64,000 bases of DNA from positions 10,978-74,977 of the forward strand of contig CACXMS010000004.1 of NCBI GenBank assembly GCA_902768795.1, read 5' to 3'. How positions within the stretch are numbered: position 1 is the first letter of the stretch; every line of letters begins with the position of its first letter. Below, piece by piece: positions 57,161-64,000 of the stretch. The position numbers and the translations under genes were made by a program. Source of the stretch: an uncultured Eubacteriales bacterium (GTDB lineage Bacteria; Bacillota; Clostridia; Christensenellales; CAG-138). Under the pieces are notes generated by a model. It worked only from the letters and a program-made list of their open reading frames with translations. It was not told where the DNA came from and searched no databases.

Positions 57161-57643
57161 TCAGAGTTCTTTTTTCAGCAGAATGATCCGGTCCGTGCGC
57201 GCGATCTCCGAAAATCCCTCTTCGGCAAACATCCCGAGCGCCGGATTTGTGATCGCCATATCGTCGTACAGAACCGGAATCCCGCGGGATTTCGCGGCGG
57301 TGCAAAGCAAGCGCAGCGCTTCGCGCCCGTATCCGCGGCGGCGATACCGGTTGTGAATGATCACGTTCGCCATGTACCCGCCCCACTTCGGATCGAAACG
57401 AAACGAAATCTCGCCGACATAGTCGCCGGCTTCGTTGACCAGATAGCGATAATAGCGCAGATTTCGGTGGTTTGCGATCCATTCGTCGTACCAGTCGTTC
57501 CACGCTTCCTCGGGGAACGCAATCGTGCCGCCCCATTCCGCGTTGAACGACATCGTTTCCGGATCGGCCAGAAGCTGCCGCCGAAAGGACAGATCGTCCC
57601 GCGCGGGCAGATGCAGGCGCAGCAGGTGTTTCGGTTCCGTCAT
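57161..57643 (-). CDS. GNAT-family N-acetyltransferase
   Basis: 160 aa. RRRGYGREALRLL acetyl-CoA-binding motif. Confidence 0.8.
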   Translation of the reverse strand: MTEPKHLLRLHLPARDDLSFRRQLLADPETMSFNAEWGGTIAFPEEAWNDWYDEWIANHRNLRYYRYLVNEAGDYVGEISFRFDPKWGGYMANVIIHNRYRRRGYGREALRLLCTAAKSRGIPVLYDDMAITNPALGMFAEEGFSEIARTDRIILLKKEL

Positions 57644-57655
57644 CGGTTTTCTCCT

Positions 57656-58321
57656 TCATTTCACATACAGTTCCAGGCGCTGCCGCCGTCTTTTGGGCAG
57701 GGGCAGCTTGTCCAGCAGCCGATGCCACACGAGCGCCAGTACGCCCGATCCGACCACGCCGAGGCCGACAAGGCGCCAGATCTTCCACGGCTCCCAAAAA
57801 TGCGCGAGCACGCGATCCGCCGCCGTGATCACGATCGCGCCGAGCGTGATCAGAAACATGTTTCTTTTGGTAAACATTTTCTTTAGCGGCACATTCGGAA
57901 ACAGCAGCTTCCATACGAGCGCAAACAGCCCGAGCAAAACGCCGAACGCAAGCAGCGCGTGCAGCACGGCCTGTCCCGCCGGCGAATTCCACAGCAGGGA
58001 AAGCAGCAGCGTCAGCGCTTCGCCGACCGCCCAGAGCGGCAGCAGCAACAGCACGCGAACGGGCAGCGGAAGTCCCTGCACCCAGACCGTCAGCCGTTCC
58101 CGCACGGTCAGCGGTTCATAGTTGCTGGTCTCAATCAAATAGGAACGGTGTTCGGTTTGCTCCACATGCAGCACGTGCGGCGACGCTTCGTCCGTTTGCC
58201 CGGGCGAAACCAGGACGGACGGATCGGGAACCGCCGTGTGCACCAGCATGCTTGCCGTCACCGCCATTGCCGCCGCGCCCGCAGCGACGCGCCGTTTGAT
58301 CTTTTTCGTGCTGTATTTCAT
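57656..58321 (-). CDS. Hypothetical membrane protein
   Basis: First ATG (MKYSTKKIKRR); the track start is TTG. About four hydrophobic segments. Weak RBS. Confidence 0.5.
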   Translation of the reverse strand: MKYSTKKIKRRVAAGAAAMAVTASMLVHTAVPDPSVLVSPGQTDEASPHVLHVEQTEHRSYLIETSNYEPLTVRERLTVWVQGLPLPVRVLLLLPLWAVGEALTLLLSLLWNSPAGQAVLHALLAFGVLLGLFALVWKLLFPNVPLKKMFTKRNMFLITLGAIVITAADRVLAHFWEPWKIWRLVGLGVVGSGVLALVWHRLLDKLPLPKRRRQRLELYVK

Positions 58322-58387
58322 CGTTTCGATTCTATCATCTTTGCGCCGCGCCCGCAAGGGGACGCGGTGCAACGAAATTGTAACATT

Positions 58388-59014
58388 TTACCAAAGCTCC
58401 TGCTTGTTTTCGATCGAATCCGCAGAACCGAGCGTTCGGATCACGCGGCACGGATTTCCCGCGGCGAGCACGCCGCCCGGCAGATCGCGGGTCACGACGC
58501 TTCCCGCGCCGACGACGGTTCCCGGCCCGATCGTGACGCCCCCCGCGATCACGACGTTCGCCGCGATCCAGCACCCGTCTCCGATCGTAATCGGTTTCGC
58601 GTATTCCCGGTCCGTCCAGACGCCGTCCGCGCGGCGATACAGGCGGCGCTCCGCGTCCAGCAGCGGATGCATCGGCGACATCAGCGATACGTTCGGGCCG
58701 ACGAACACGTCGTCCCCGATCGTGACCGGCGCGCAGTCCAGCACGGTCAGATTGTAATTGAAAAAGCAGCGCTTTCCGATCGTCGTGAAGCGACCGTAAT
58801 CAAACTGCACCGGCGCGTTGATCCACGAATCCTCGCCGAGCGCGGGAACGAGCGCCCGCAAAAGCGCTTCCTGCCGGTCCCCGTCCATAGGGTCGCAGTC
58901 GTTGTACGCCTTGCAAAGCCGCCGCGCTTCGGCGCGCAGACAAACCAGCGTTTCGTCTACGGGATCGTACAGCTTGCCGGCAAGCATCTTTTCCGTTTCC
59001 GTCATGTCAGACAT
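58388..59014 (-). CDS. maa: Sugar O-acetyltransferase (maltose/galactoside acetyltransferase family, left-handed beta-helix)
   Basis: 208 aa. N-terminal EKMLAGKLYDP Mac domain. Hexapeptide repeats IGDDVFVGPNV..IGDGCWIAANV..IGPGTVVGAGS. Confidence 0.85.
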   Translation of the reverse strand: MSDMTETEKMLAGKLYDPVDETLVCLRAEARRLCKAYNDCDPMDGDRQEALLRALVPALGEDSWINAPVQFDYGRFTTIGKRCFFNYNLTVLDCAPVTIGDDVFVGPNVSLMSPMHPLLDAERRLYRRADGVWTDREYAKPITIGDGCWIAANVVIAGGVTIGPGTVVGAGSVVTRDLPGGVLAAGNPCRVIRTLGSADSIENKQELW

Positions 59015-59792
59015 CCCCCTTTTTCAAAAGACGCTCGGCAAGCTTCAGCGCGACAAACGCGACGCGGTCCTTTTCAGCCAGGTTCGCTTCGTTGGAAAGA
59101 CTGCGCTTATCCCACTGTTCGCCGTCAAGATTGTCCGCGGCATAGAAGAACTGCAGCGCGGTCTTGCCCCGCATCGCGCAAAGCGCCGCGATCGCGGAAC
59201 ATTCCATGTCGACCGCAATACACCCCTGTGCCTTTCGCCGCTCCACCATGCCGCGCGTCTCGCGGTACACCGCGTCCGTCGTCCACACCTTGCCCGTCGT
59301 GTACGAAACGCCGAGCGCATCGAGCGTCTCCCGCGTGAGCGCGAGCGTTCCGGCGTTGACTTCGATCGTTTCGCTTGCGGGCGCGTAGTGATAGCTCGTG
59401 CCTTCGTCGCGCACCGCCTCGGTCGGCAGAACGATGCTGCAGTCGCGGATCGATCCGTCGAGCACGCCGCAGGTGCCGAATACGACGATCGATTCCACGC
59501 CCGTTTCAAAGAGTTCCTCATAAAGCCCGACGCATGCCGGCGCGCCGACCGGCGACAAAAAGAGCGTAAATTCCGATCCGCCGAACGATACGCGGCAGAC
59601 CGGATTCTTTCCGTTCGCGCTGCCGAGCTGCACTTCTTCGATCGGTTCGGCACACAGTTCCGCCGCAAGGCGGGAAAACAGCGTGTGCGAAAAGCAGGTG
59701 ACTGCGACCTTCGGCATTCCCGGAACGGGTTTTGCGAAAAACGACGGGAGAATGACGCCGGTCGGGTTCGGATCAAACGATTCGGTAATCAT
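59007..59792 (-). CDS. PNP/UDP-family nucleoside phosphorylase (uridine phosphorylase-like)
   Basis: Start trimmed to MITESFD (AAAGGAG RBS). FGTCGVLD, AVDMECSAIA motifs. Confidence 0.7.
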   Translation of the reverse strand: MITESFDPNPTGVILPSFFAKPVPGMPKVAVTCFSHTLFSRLAAELCAEPIEEVQLGSANGKNPVCRVSFGGSEFTLFLSPVGAPACVGLYEELFETGVESIVVFGTCGVLDGSIRDCSIVLPTEAVRDEGTSYHYAPASETIEVNAGTLALTRETLDALGVSYTTGKVWTTDAVYRETRGMVERRKAQGCIAVDMECSAIAALCAMRGKTALQFFYAADNLDGEQWDKRSLSNEANLAEKDRVAFVALKLAERLLKKGDV

Positions 59793-59868
59793 AGCGGCTC
59801 CTTTTTTCGGTTTTTTCTCATTATATCCTATGTTTTTCCGTTTGTCCACCCACAGTGAAAAATGGCGC

Positions 59869-59897
59869 TTGCCGCCCGCCGTCCGCCGTGGTACAAT
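59869..59897 (+). promoter_or_regulatory. punA-mtaD promoter
   Basis: TTGCCG, 17 nt, TACAAT. Confidence 0.55.
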
Positions 59898-59923
59898 AGA
59901 AAGAAAATGCTTCGGAGGCAGGC

Positions 59924-60748
59924 ATGTCGTTTCCGCGATCGTATTTTGAAGAGGCCGTGAGCGTCGTTGCGGCACGCGCGGGGTTTGTTCCCGAAATCGG
60001 CGTAATCCTGGGATCCGGACTCGGCGGATTCTGCGATTCGATCGAATCGCCCGTTGAGATTCTCTATGAAAAGATCCCCGGTTTTTTGCGCGCCACTGCG
60101 TCGATGCATGCGGGCAAGCTCGTCCTCGGCACGCTTTGCGGCAAGCGGATCGCCTGCCTGTCGGGACGGTTCCATCACTATGAGGGATATTCCTATGAAC
60201 AGCTTTGCATCCCGATCCGGTTTCTGCATTGCCTCGGCGTGAAGCGGACGATCCTGACCAATATCGCCGGCGCGATCAACCCCGCCTACCGTCCCGGAGA
60301 CGTTATGATCCTGCGCGATCACATCAAGCTGTTCGGGGACAGCCCTTTGACCGGCGCGAACGATTCCGAATTCGGCCCGCGCTGTCCGAAGATGCGAAAC
60401 GTGTATGCGCCCGAGCTGCGCGCGCTTGCAAAGGATGCTGCGCTTGCTTCGCCGCTGACCGTCCATGAGGGCGCGTACTTCTTTTTCCCGGGTCCGCAGT
60501 TTGAAACGGCGGCGGAGATTCGCGCGGCGGGACTGCTCGGCGGCGACGTCGCCGGGATGTCCACCGTACCGGAGGCGATTGCCGCAGCGCATTGCGGCAT
60601 GCCGATTCTCGGCCTGTCGCTCGTGGTCAATATGGCGGAGGGCGTTTGGGATGCGCCGATCGAAAACGACGCGATCAATGCCGTGCTGTCGGATGCTGGC
60701 ACGTTTTATTCCTATTTGAAAGATATCATCAAACGGATGGAGGTCTGA
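59924..60748 (+). CDS. punA: Purine nucleoside phosphorylase (trimeric PNP-I type)
   Basis: 274 aa. GVILGSGLG, GRFHHYEGY, GMSTVPEAIAA. Confidence 0.9.
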   Translation: MSFPRSYFEEAVSVVAARAGFVPEIGVILGSGLGGFCDSIESPVEILYEKIPGFLRATASMHAGKLVLGTLCGKRIACLSGRFHHYEGYSYEQLCIPIRFLHCLGVKRTILTNIAGAINPAYRPGDVMILRDHIKLFGDSPLTGANDSEFGPRCPKMRNVYAPELRALAKDAALASPLTVHEGAYFFFPGPQFETAAEIRAAGLLGGDVAGMSTVPEAIAAAHCGMPILGLSLVVNMAEGVWDAPIENDAINAVLSDAGTFYSYLKDIIKRMEV

Positions 60749-60754
60749 AAATCC

Positions 60755-62056
60755 ATGCAGAAACTCTTGCTGACGCACTGCTCGGCGCTTGTGCCGGACG
60801 GCGAAACCGGTTATGCGCTTCTGGATCCCGCTTTCATCGGGATCGAGGACGACACGATCGTTTCCGTCGGCGCATCGGAGCCCGCGGGCGACTGGACAAA
60901 AAAGGACATGCACGGCGCGCTTCTGATTCCCGGGCTTGTCAACGGACATACGCATGCCGCGATGACGCTGCTCCGCAGCCGCGGCAGCGGGCTTCCGCTC
61001 GACCGCTGGCTGAACGAAGCGATCTTTCCGATCGAGGACCGCATGCTGCGCGAGGATATGGCTGCCGGCAACGCGCTCGCGCAGCTCGAAATGCTGCGGA
61101 CCGGCACGACCGCCTATTCCGATATGTATTACAACCTCGATACGGAAGCCGAGCTTTGCCTGCAAAGCGGCATGAAGGTGAATCTCGGGCGGGCCGTCAC
61201 GTCGTTCGATCCGGACGAGCCGGCCGCTTCTTCCTCCCGCGTACGCGAATCGCTCGCGCTCTTTGACGACTGGCACGGCAAGGCGAACGGGCGGATCCGC
61301 GTCGATTTTTCGATTCACGCCGAATACACCTGCACGGAACGCATGGCGAGAGAATTTGCCGCGCTCGGCGCGGCGCGCGGCGCGCGGATGCACCTCCATC
61401 TTTCCGAAACCGCCCGCGAACATGCGGCCTGCAAAGCAAAGTACGGCAAGACGCCGGCCGAATGGTTCCGCGATCTTGGCGTATTCGATCTGCCGACGGC
61501 CGCGGCGCACTGCGTTTTTGCGGAGGACGGCGACCTTGCGATCTTCGGCGCGTACGGCGTAAGCCCCGTGCACAATCCTTCGAGCAACCTGAAGCTCGGC
61601 AGCGGCGTCATGCGGCTGAAAACGATGCTGGACAAAGGGCTTTGCGTCGGTCTCGGAACGGACGGCGCCGCCAGCAACGACAATCTCGATATGCTCGAGG
61701 AGATGCACCTTGCCGCGCTGCTCCACAACGGCGTGCTCCGCGATCCGACCGCGATCCGCCCCACCGACGTGCTCCGCATGGCGACGCGAAACGGCGCGCT
61801 TTTGCAGGGCCGGCCCGACACGGGCGCGCTGGAGCCCGGCAAAAAGGCGGATATCGTTGCGATCGACCTCGACGCGCCGCATCTTGTTCCCGCCTTCGAT
61901 CCGCTCGCGCTGCTCGTCTATTCCGCGCAGGGCGCCGACGTCCGCATGACGATGGTCGACGGCCGCATTCTTTACGAAAACGGCGAATACTTTACGCTCG
62001 ACGCCGACCGCATTCGTTTCGATGTGCAGAAGGCGCTCGGTCGGCTGTACCGATAA
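60755..62056 (+). CDS. mtaD: Amidohydrolase, 5'-methylthioadenosine/S-adenosylhomocysteine deaminase type
   Basis: 433 aa. GLVNGHTHAAMT, HLHLSET, GLGTDGAASNDNLD. Confidence 0.8.
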   Translation: MQKLLLTHCSALVPDGETGYALLDPAFIGIEDDTIVSVGASEPAGDWTKKDMHGALLIPGLVNGHTHAAMTLLRSRGSGLPLDRWLNEAIFPIEDRMLREDMAAGNALAQLEMLRTGTTAYSDMYYNLDTEAELCLQSGMKVNLGRAVTSFDPDEPAASSSRVRESLALFDDWHGKANGRIRVDFSIHAEYTCTERMAREFAALGAARGARMHLHLSETAREHAACKAKYGKTPAEWFRDLGVFDLPTAAAHCVFAEDGDLAIFGAYGVSPVHNPSSNLKLGSGVMRLKTMLDKGLCVGLGTDGAASNDNLDMLEEMHLAALLHNGVLRDPTAIRPTDVLRMATRNGALLQGRPDTGALEPGKKADIVAIDLDAPHLVPAFDPLALLVYSAQGADVRMTMVDGRILYENGEYFTLDADRIRFDVQKALGRLYR

Positions 62057-62058
62057 CC

Positions 62059-62088
62059 TTGACACGCCGCGCGCCGACGCGGTATAAT
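62059..62088 (+). promoter_or_regulatory. Near-consensus promoter of the PqqD-like operon
   Basis: TTGACA, 18 nt, TATAAT, immediately after the mtaD stop. Confidence 0.7.
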
Positions 62089-62095
62089 AGCAAAA

Positions 62096-62140
62096 ATGAA
62101 AAAGGAACCGCCGTTTTATCGGCGGAAAAGGAGAAAATGA
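62096..62140 (+). other. 14-codon micro-ORF (MKKEPPFYRRKRRK), candidate leaderless leader peptide
   Basis: ATG 7 nt after the -10 box with no RBS. Its TGA overlaps the PqqD-like ATG (AAAATGATG). Contains a CCGCCG-TTTTAT-CGGCGG hairpin. Confidence 0.25.
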
Positions 62141-62400
62141 TGAAACTGAAGCCCGATTTTATCACACAGGACATTGACGGAACCCAATTTCTGATCGCCG
62201 TCGGCGGCGAATCCTTCAACGGAATCGTAAAGAGCAACCCGACCGCGGCTTTTATCGTGGATCAGCTGAAGCAGGAAACGACCGAAGAGAAGATCACCGA
62301 CGCGATGTACGCCGAATACGATGCGCCGAGAAGCGTCATCGCCGCCGACGTGCATACCGTCGTCGAAACGCTGCGAAGCATCGGCGCCATCGAGGACTGA
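62137..62400 (+). CDS. PqqD-family protein (RiPP recognition element-like)
   Basis: Only the last 87 codons of track ORF 61462-62400 are credible (AAAGGAG RBS, MMKLKPDF..). ..NPTAAFIVDQLKQETTEEKITDAMYAEYDAPRSVIAADVHTVVETLRSIGAI fits the PqqD pattern. Confidence 0.7.
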   Translation: MMKLKPDFITQDIDGTQFLIAVGGESFNGIVKSNPTAAFIVDQLKQETTEEKITDAMYAEYDAPRSVIAADVHTVVETLRSIGAIED

Positions 62401-62404
62401 TCCG

Positions 62405-62860
62405 GTGTCGGAAACGACATTCGAGGACATTCTGGCCAAGGAAGGCCGCCTCGTCTACAAAACAAAGGGAACCAGCATGCTGCCGATGCTGCATCAGAAC
62501 CGCGATATCGTCGTGATCGAGCGACCCGAAGGCCGCTTACAGCCGTTTGACGTCGCGCTCTACCGCAGAGGCCCGCAGTATGTTCTGCACCGCGTTCTGG
62601 AAGTGCGGGGATCCGATTACGTGATCCGCGGCGACAATACCTATGTGCTCGAAACGGGCATTACGGACGAGGATGTGCTCGGCGTTCTGAAGTCGTTCGT
62701 CCGCAAAGGGACGCCGCACAGCGTGACCGAACCCGGATACCTGCGGTACGTACGCTTCTGGTGCGCGATCTATCCCGTTCGCGCGTTTTTCGTTACGCTG
62801 TACCGGCGGATCCGGCGCCTCGGCGGTACCGTTTTACGAAAACTCGGCTTCAGAAAGTAA
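62405..62860 (+). CDS. S24/S26-family peptidase-like protein (Ser/His/Asp, SipW/Sec11-like signature, no N-terminal TM)
   Basis: GTG start 4 nt after the PqqD-like stop (GAGGA RBS). GTSMLPML (Ser24), YVLHRV (His62), IRGDN (Asp77). C-terminal hydrophobic segment FWCAIYPVRAFFVTLY. Confidence 0.6.
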   Translation: MSETTFEDILAKEGRLVYKTKGTSMLPMLHQNRDIVVIERPEGRLQPFDVALYRRGPQYVLHRVLEVRGSDYVIRGDNTYVLETGITDEDVLGVLKSFVRKGTPHSVTEPGYLRYVRFWCAIYPVRAFFVTLYRRIRRLGGTVLRKLGFRK

Positions 62861-62873
62861 AGGAACTCCCGCC

Positions 62874-64000
62874 ATGCAGCATAAACAACTGACCGGCATT
62901 TTTATCCTTGCCACCGCGGCGACGCTGATCGTCGGTACGTTTGTTTTGCTTGCCGCGGGCGTTCTGCGTCCGTCGCTCTCCCTTTCTCTGCCGCGCACCG
63001 CGCCTTCCGCCGTCCCCGCCGAAGTGCAGATTGAACTGTCTGTCACGCCGACACCGACCGAAAAACCGACCGTTTCACCGGTCCCGTCCGCCGTTGTGTA
63101 CCCGCCGAATGCGGTCAATCTGCTCGTTAACGGCTCGCCGCTGTTTGCTTTGTCCGGAAAGGACGCCGCCGAGCAGATGCTTTCCGATTACCTTTCGGTC
63201 TGCGCCTCGGAGAATCTGACCGGCGAGGAATCGCTGATCCGCGCCTACATCGATGCGGAGCTTTCGCTCCTGCCCGTAGACGGAACGGTCGATTATCTGT
63301 CCTACGAGGAAGCGAAGAACCGCCTGCTTTCCAACCGGGCGCTGATCCCCGTCGTGCGATCCACGCAGCATGCGCTGATCGAAATCGGCTCAGTGGAAAC
63401 GACGACCGTCAGTCAGCCGCTGCTTCCTTCCGGCGCGCGGCTGTACCGCTCGCTCGGCAAAGCGGAACGGCGCTTCTCTCTGACGGAAACGCTGTATAAA
63501 AACGGCATTGCGGTTTCCGATTCCACCACGCTCGCCTCCACGCGCATCGGCAGCGATCCTGCGGCGCGCGTGATCGAAAACGGTACGTTCTCCTACCGCA
63601 GCGACGCCGCCTCCGAAACGGAAGGCCCCAAAGGCAAGGACGCCGGCGATCTCAAGCTGACCGCGCCGTGCCGCGGAACCGTGATCAGTTGGTTCGGAAA
63701 ACGCGGCGGCACGATGCACTACGGCATCGACTATTCGCTGCGTCCGGGCGAATCCATTGTCGCGCCCGAAAGCGGAACCGTAATCTTCTGCGGTACCCGC
63801 GGCGATTACGGACTTGTCATCGAAATTCAGCACGGAAACGGCTTTGTTTCCCGGCTGACGCACTGCGCTTCGCCGACCGTCGAGCTCGACCAGCACGTTT
63901 ACCGCGGCGATCGCGTCGCGCTGCTCGCGGCCGAAGACACCGATGAGCCGCATCTGCATTACGAACTGCTGATCGACGGCATTCCGTTCAATCCGCTCCC
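62874..64000 (+). CDS. Membrane-anchored M23 (LytM-type) metallopeptidase, 3' end beyond window
   Basis: Own translation (not in the ORF track). MQHKQLTGIFILATAATLIVGTFVLLAAG TM, PT-rich linker, MHYGIDY (HxxxD) and HLHYEL (HxH) zinc motifs. Confidence 0.8.
   Translation, partial: MQHKQLTGIFILATAATLIVGTFVLLAAGVLRPSLSLSLPRTAPSAVPAEVQIELSVTPTPTEKPTVSPVPSAVVYPPNAVNLLVNGSPLFALSGKDAAEQMLSDYLSVCASENLTGEESLIRAYIDAELSLLPVDGTVDYLSYEEAKNRLLSNRALIPVVRSTQHALIEIGSVETTTVSQPLLPSGARLYRSLGKAERRFSLTETLYKNGIAVSDSTTLASTRIGSDPAARVIENGTFSYRSDAASETEGPKGKDAGDLKLTAPCRGTVISWFGKRGGTMHYGIDYSLRPGESIVAPESGTVIFCGTRGDYGLVIEIQHGNGFVSRLTHCASPTVELDQHVYRGDRVALLAAEDTDEPHLHYELLIDGIPFNPL

Noticed and set aside
47332-62065. Other long antisense ORFs: 47332-49905, 52255-54177, 54769-56340 and 59828-62065
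   Set aside because: Each overlaps a well-supported gene on the other strand and has the same biased composition. None is called.
61462-62136. First 225 codons of track ORF 61462-62400
   Set aside because: They overlap mtaD in another frame and are Arg/Ala-rich. Only the last 87 codons, behind the promoter and an AAAGGAG RBS, look like a real PqqD-like gene.

Overview
GC-rich chromosomal segment. Gene content, AGGAGG-type ribosome-binding sites and sigma-A-like promoters suggest a Clostridia (Oscillospiraceae/Ruminococcaceae-like) genome; that assignment is inference only. I support about 50 protein genes and found no rRNA, tRNA, CRISPR array or classical IS/transposase. Left to right: (1) two adjacent paralogous zinc-ribbon membrane proteins, the first carrying a TIR domain; (2) a heterodimeric ABC exporter; (3) a 12.6-kb minus-strand gene string with the whole shikimate pathway followed by pth-mfd; (4) proS; (5) glgB-glgC-glgD-glgA, ending in a translationally coupled adenylation + carrier-protein gene where glgP would usually sit; (6) an MFS transporter; (7) hsp20 behind a perfect CIRCE operator; (8) a lipid operon, tetR-fakA-fakB-unknown GNAT-like-plsX; (9) an aldo/keto reductase; (10) yfcC with a TVP38/DedA-PlsC fusion; (11) a tightly coupled operon of three surface proteins with an embedded DNA glycosylase; (12) a maltodextrin-type ABC importer whose binding lipoprotein carries three carbohydrate-binding-module-like repeats; (13) ybaK, GNAT, maa and nucleoside-salvage genes; (14) a PqqD-like (RiPP recognition element, RRE) gene with a Ser/His peptidase and an M23 peptidase. 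Both window-edge genes (1-2606 minus, 62874-64000 plus) are missing from the supplied ORF track because they have no in-window stop; I translated them by hand. The track also allows non-ATG starts and contains many long antisense ORFs typical of GC-rich DNA; I trimmed or rejected these. Items most worth follow-up: the receptor-shaped TIR membrane protein and its paralogue, a MITE-like intergenic repeat family present in 3 copies, the adenylation-carrier gene fused onto the glycogen operon, and the orphan RRE-peptidase module with a leaderless 14-codon micro-ORF. All functional calls come from motifs I recognised by eye; no database search was run.
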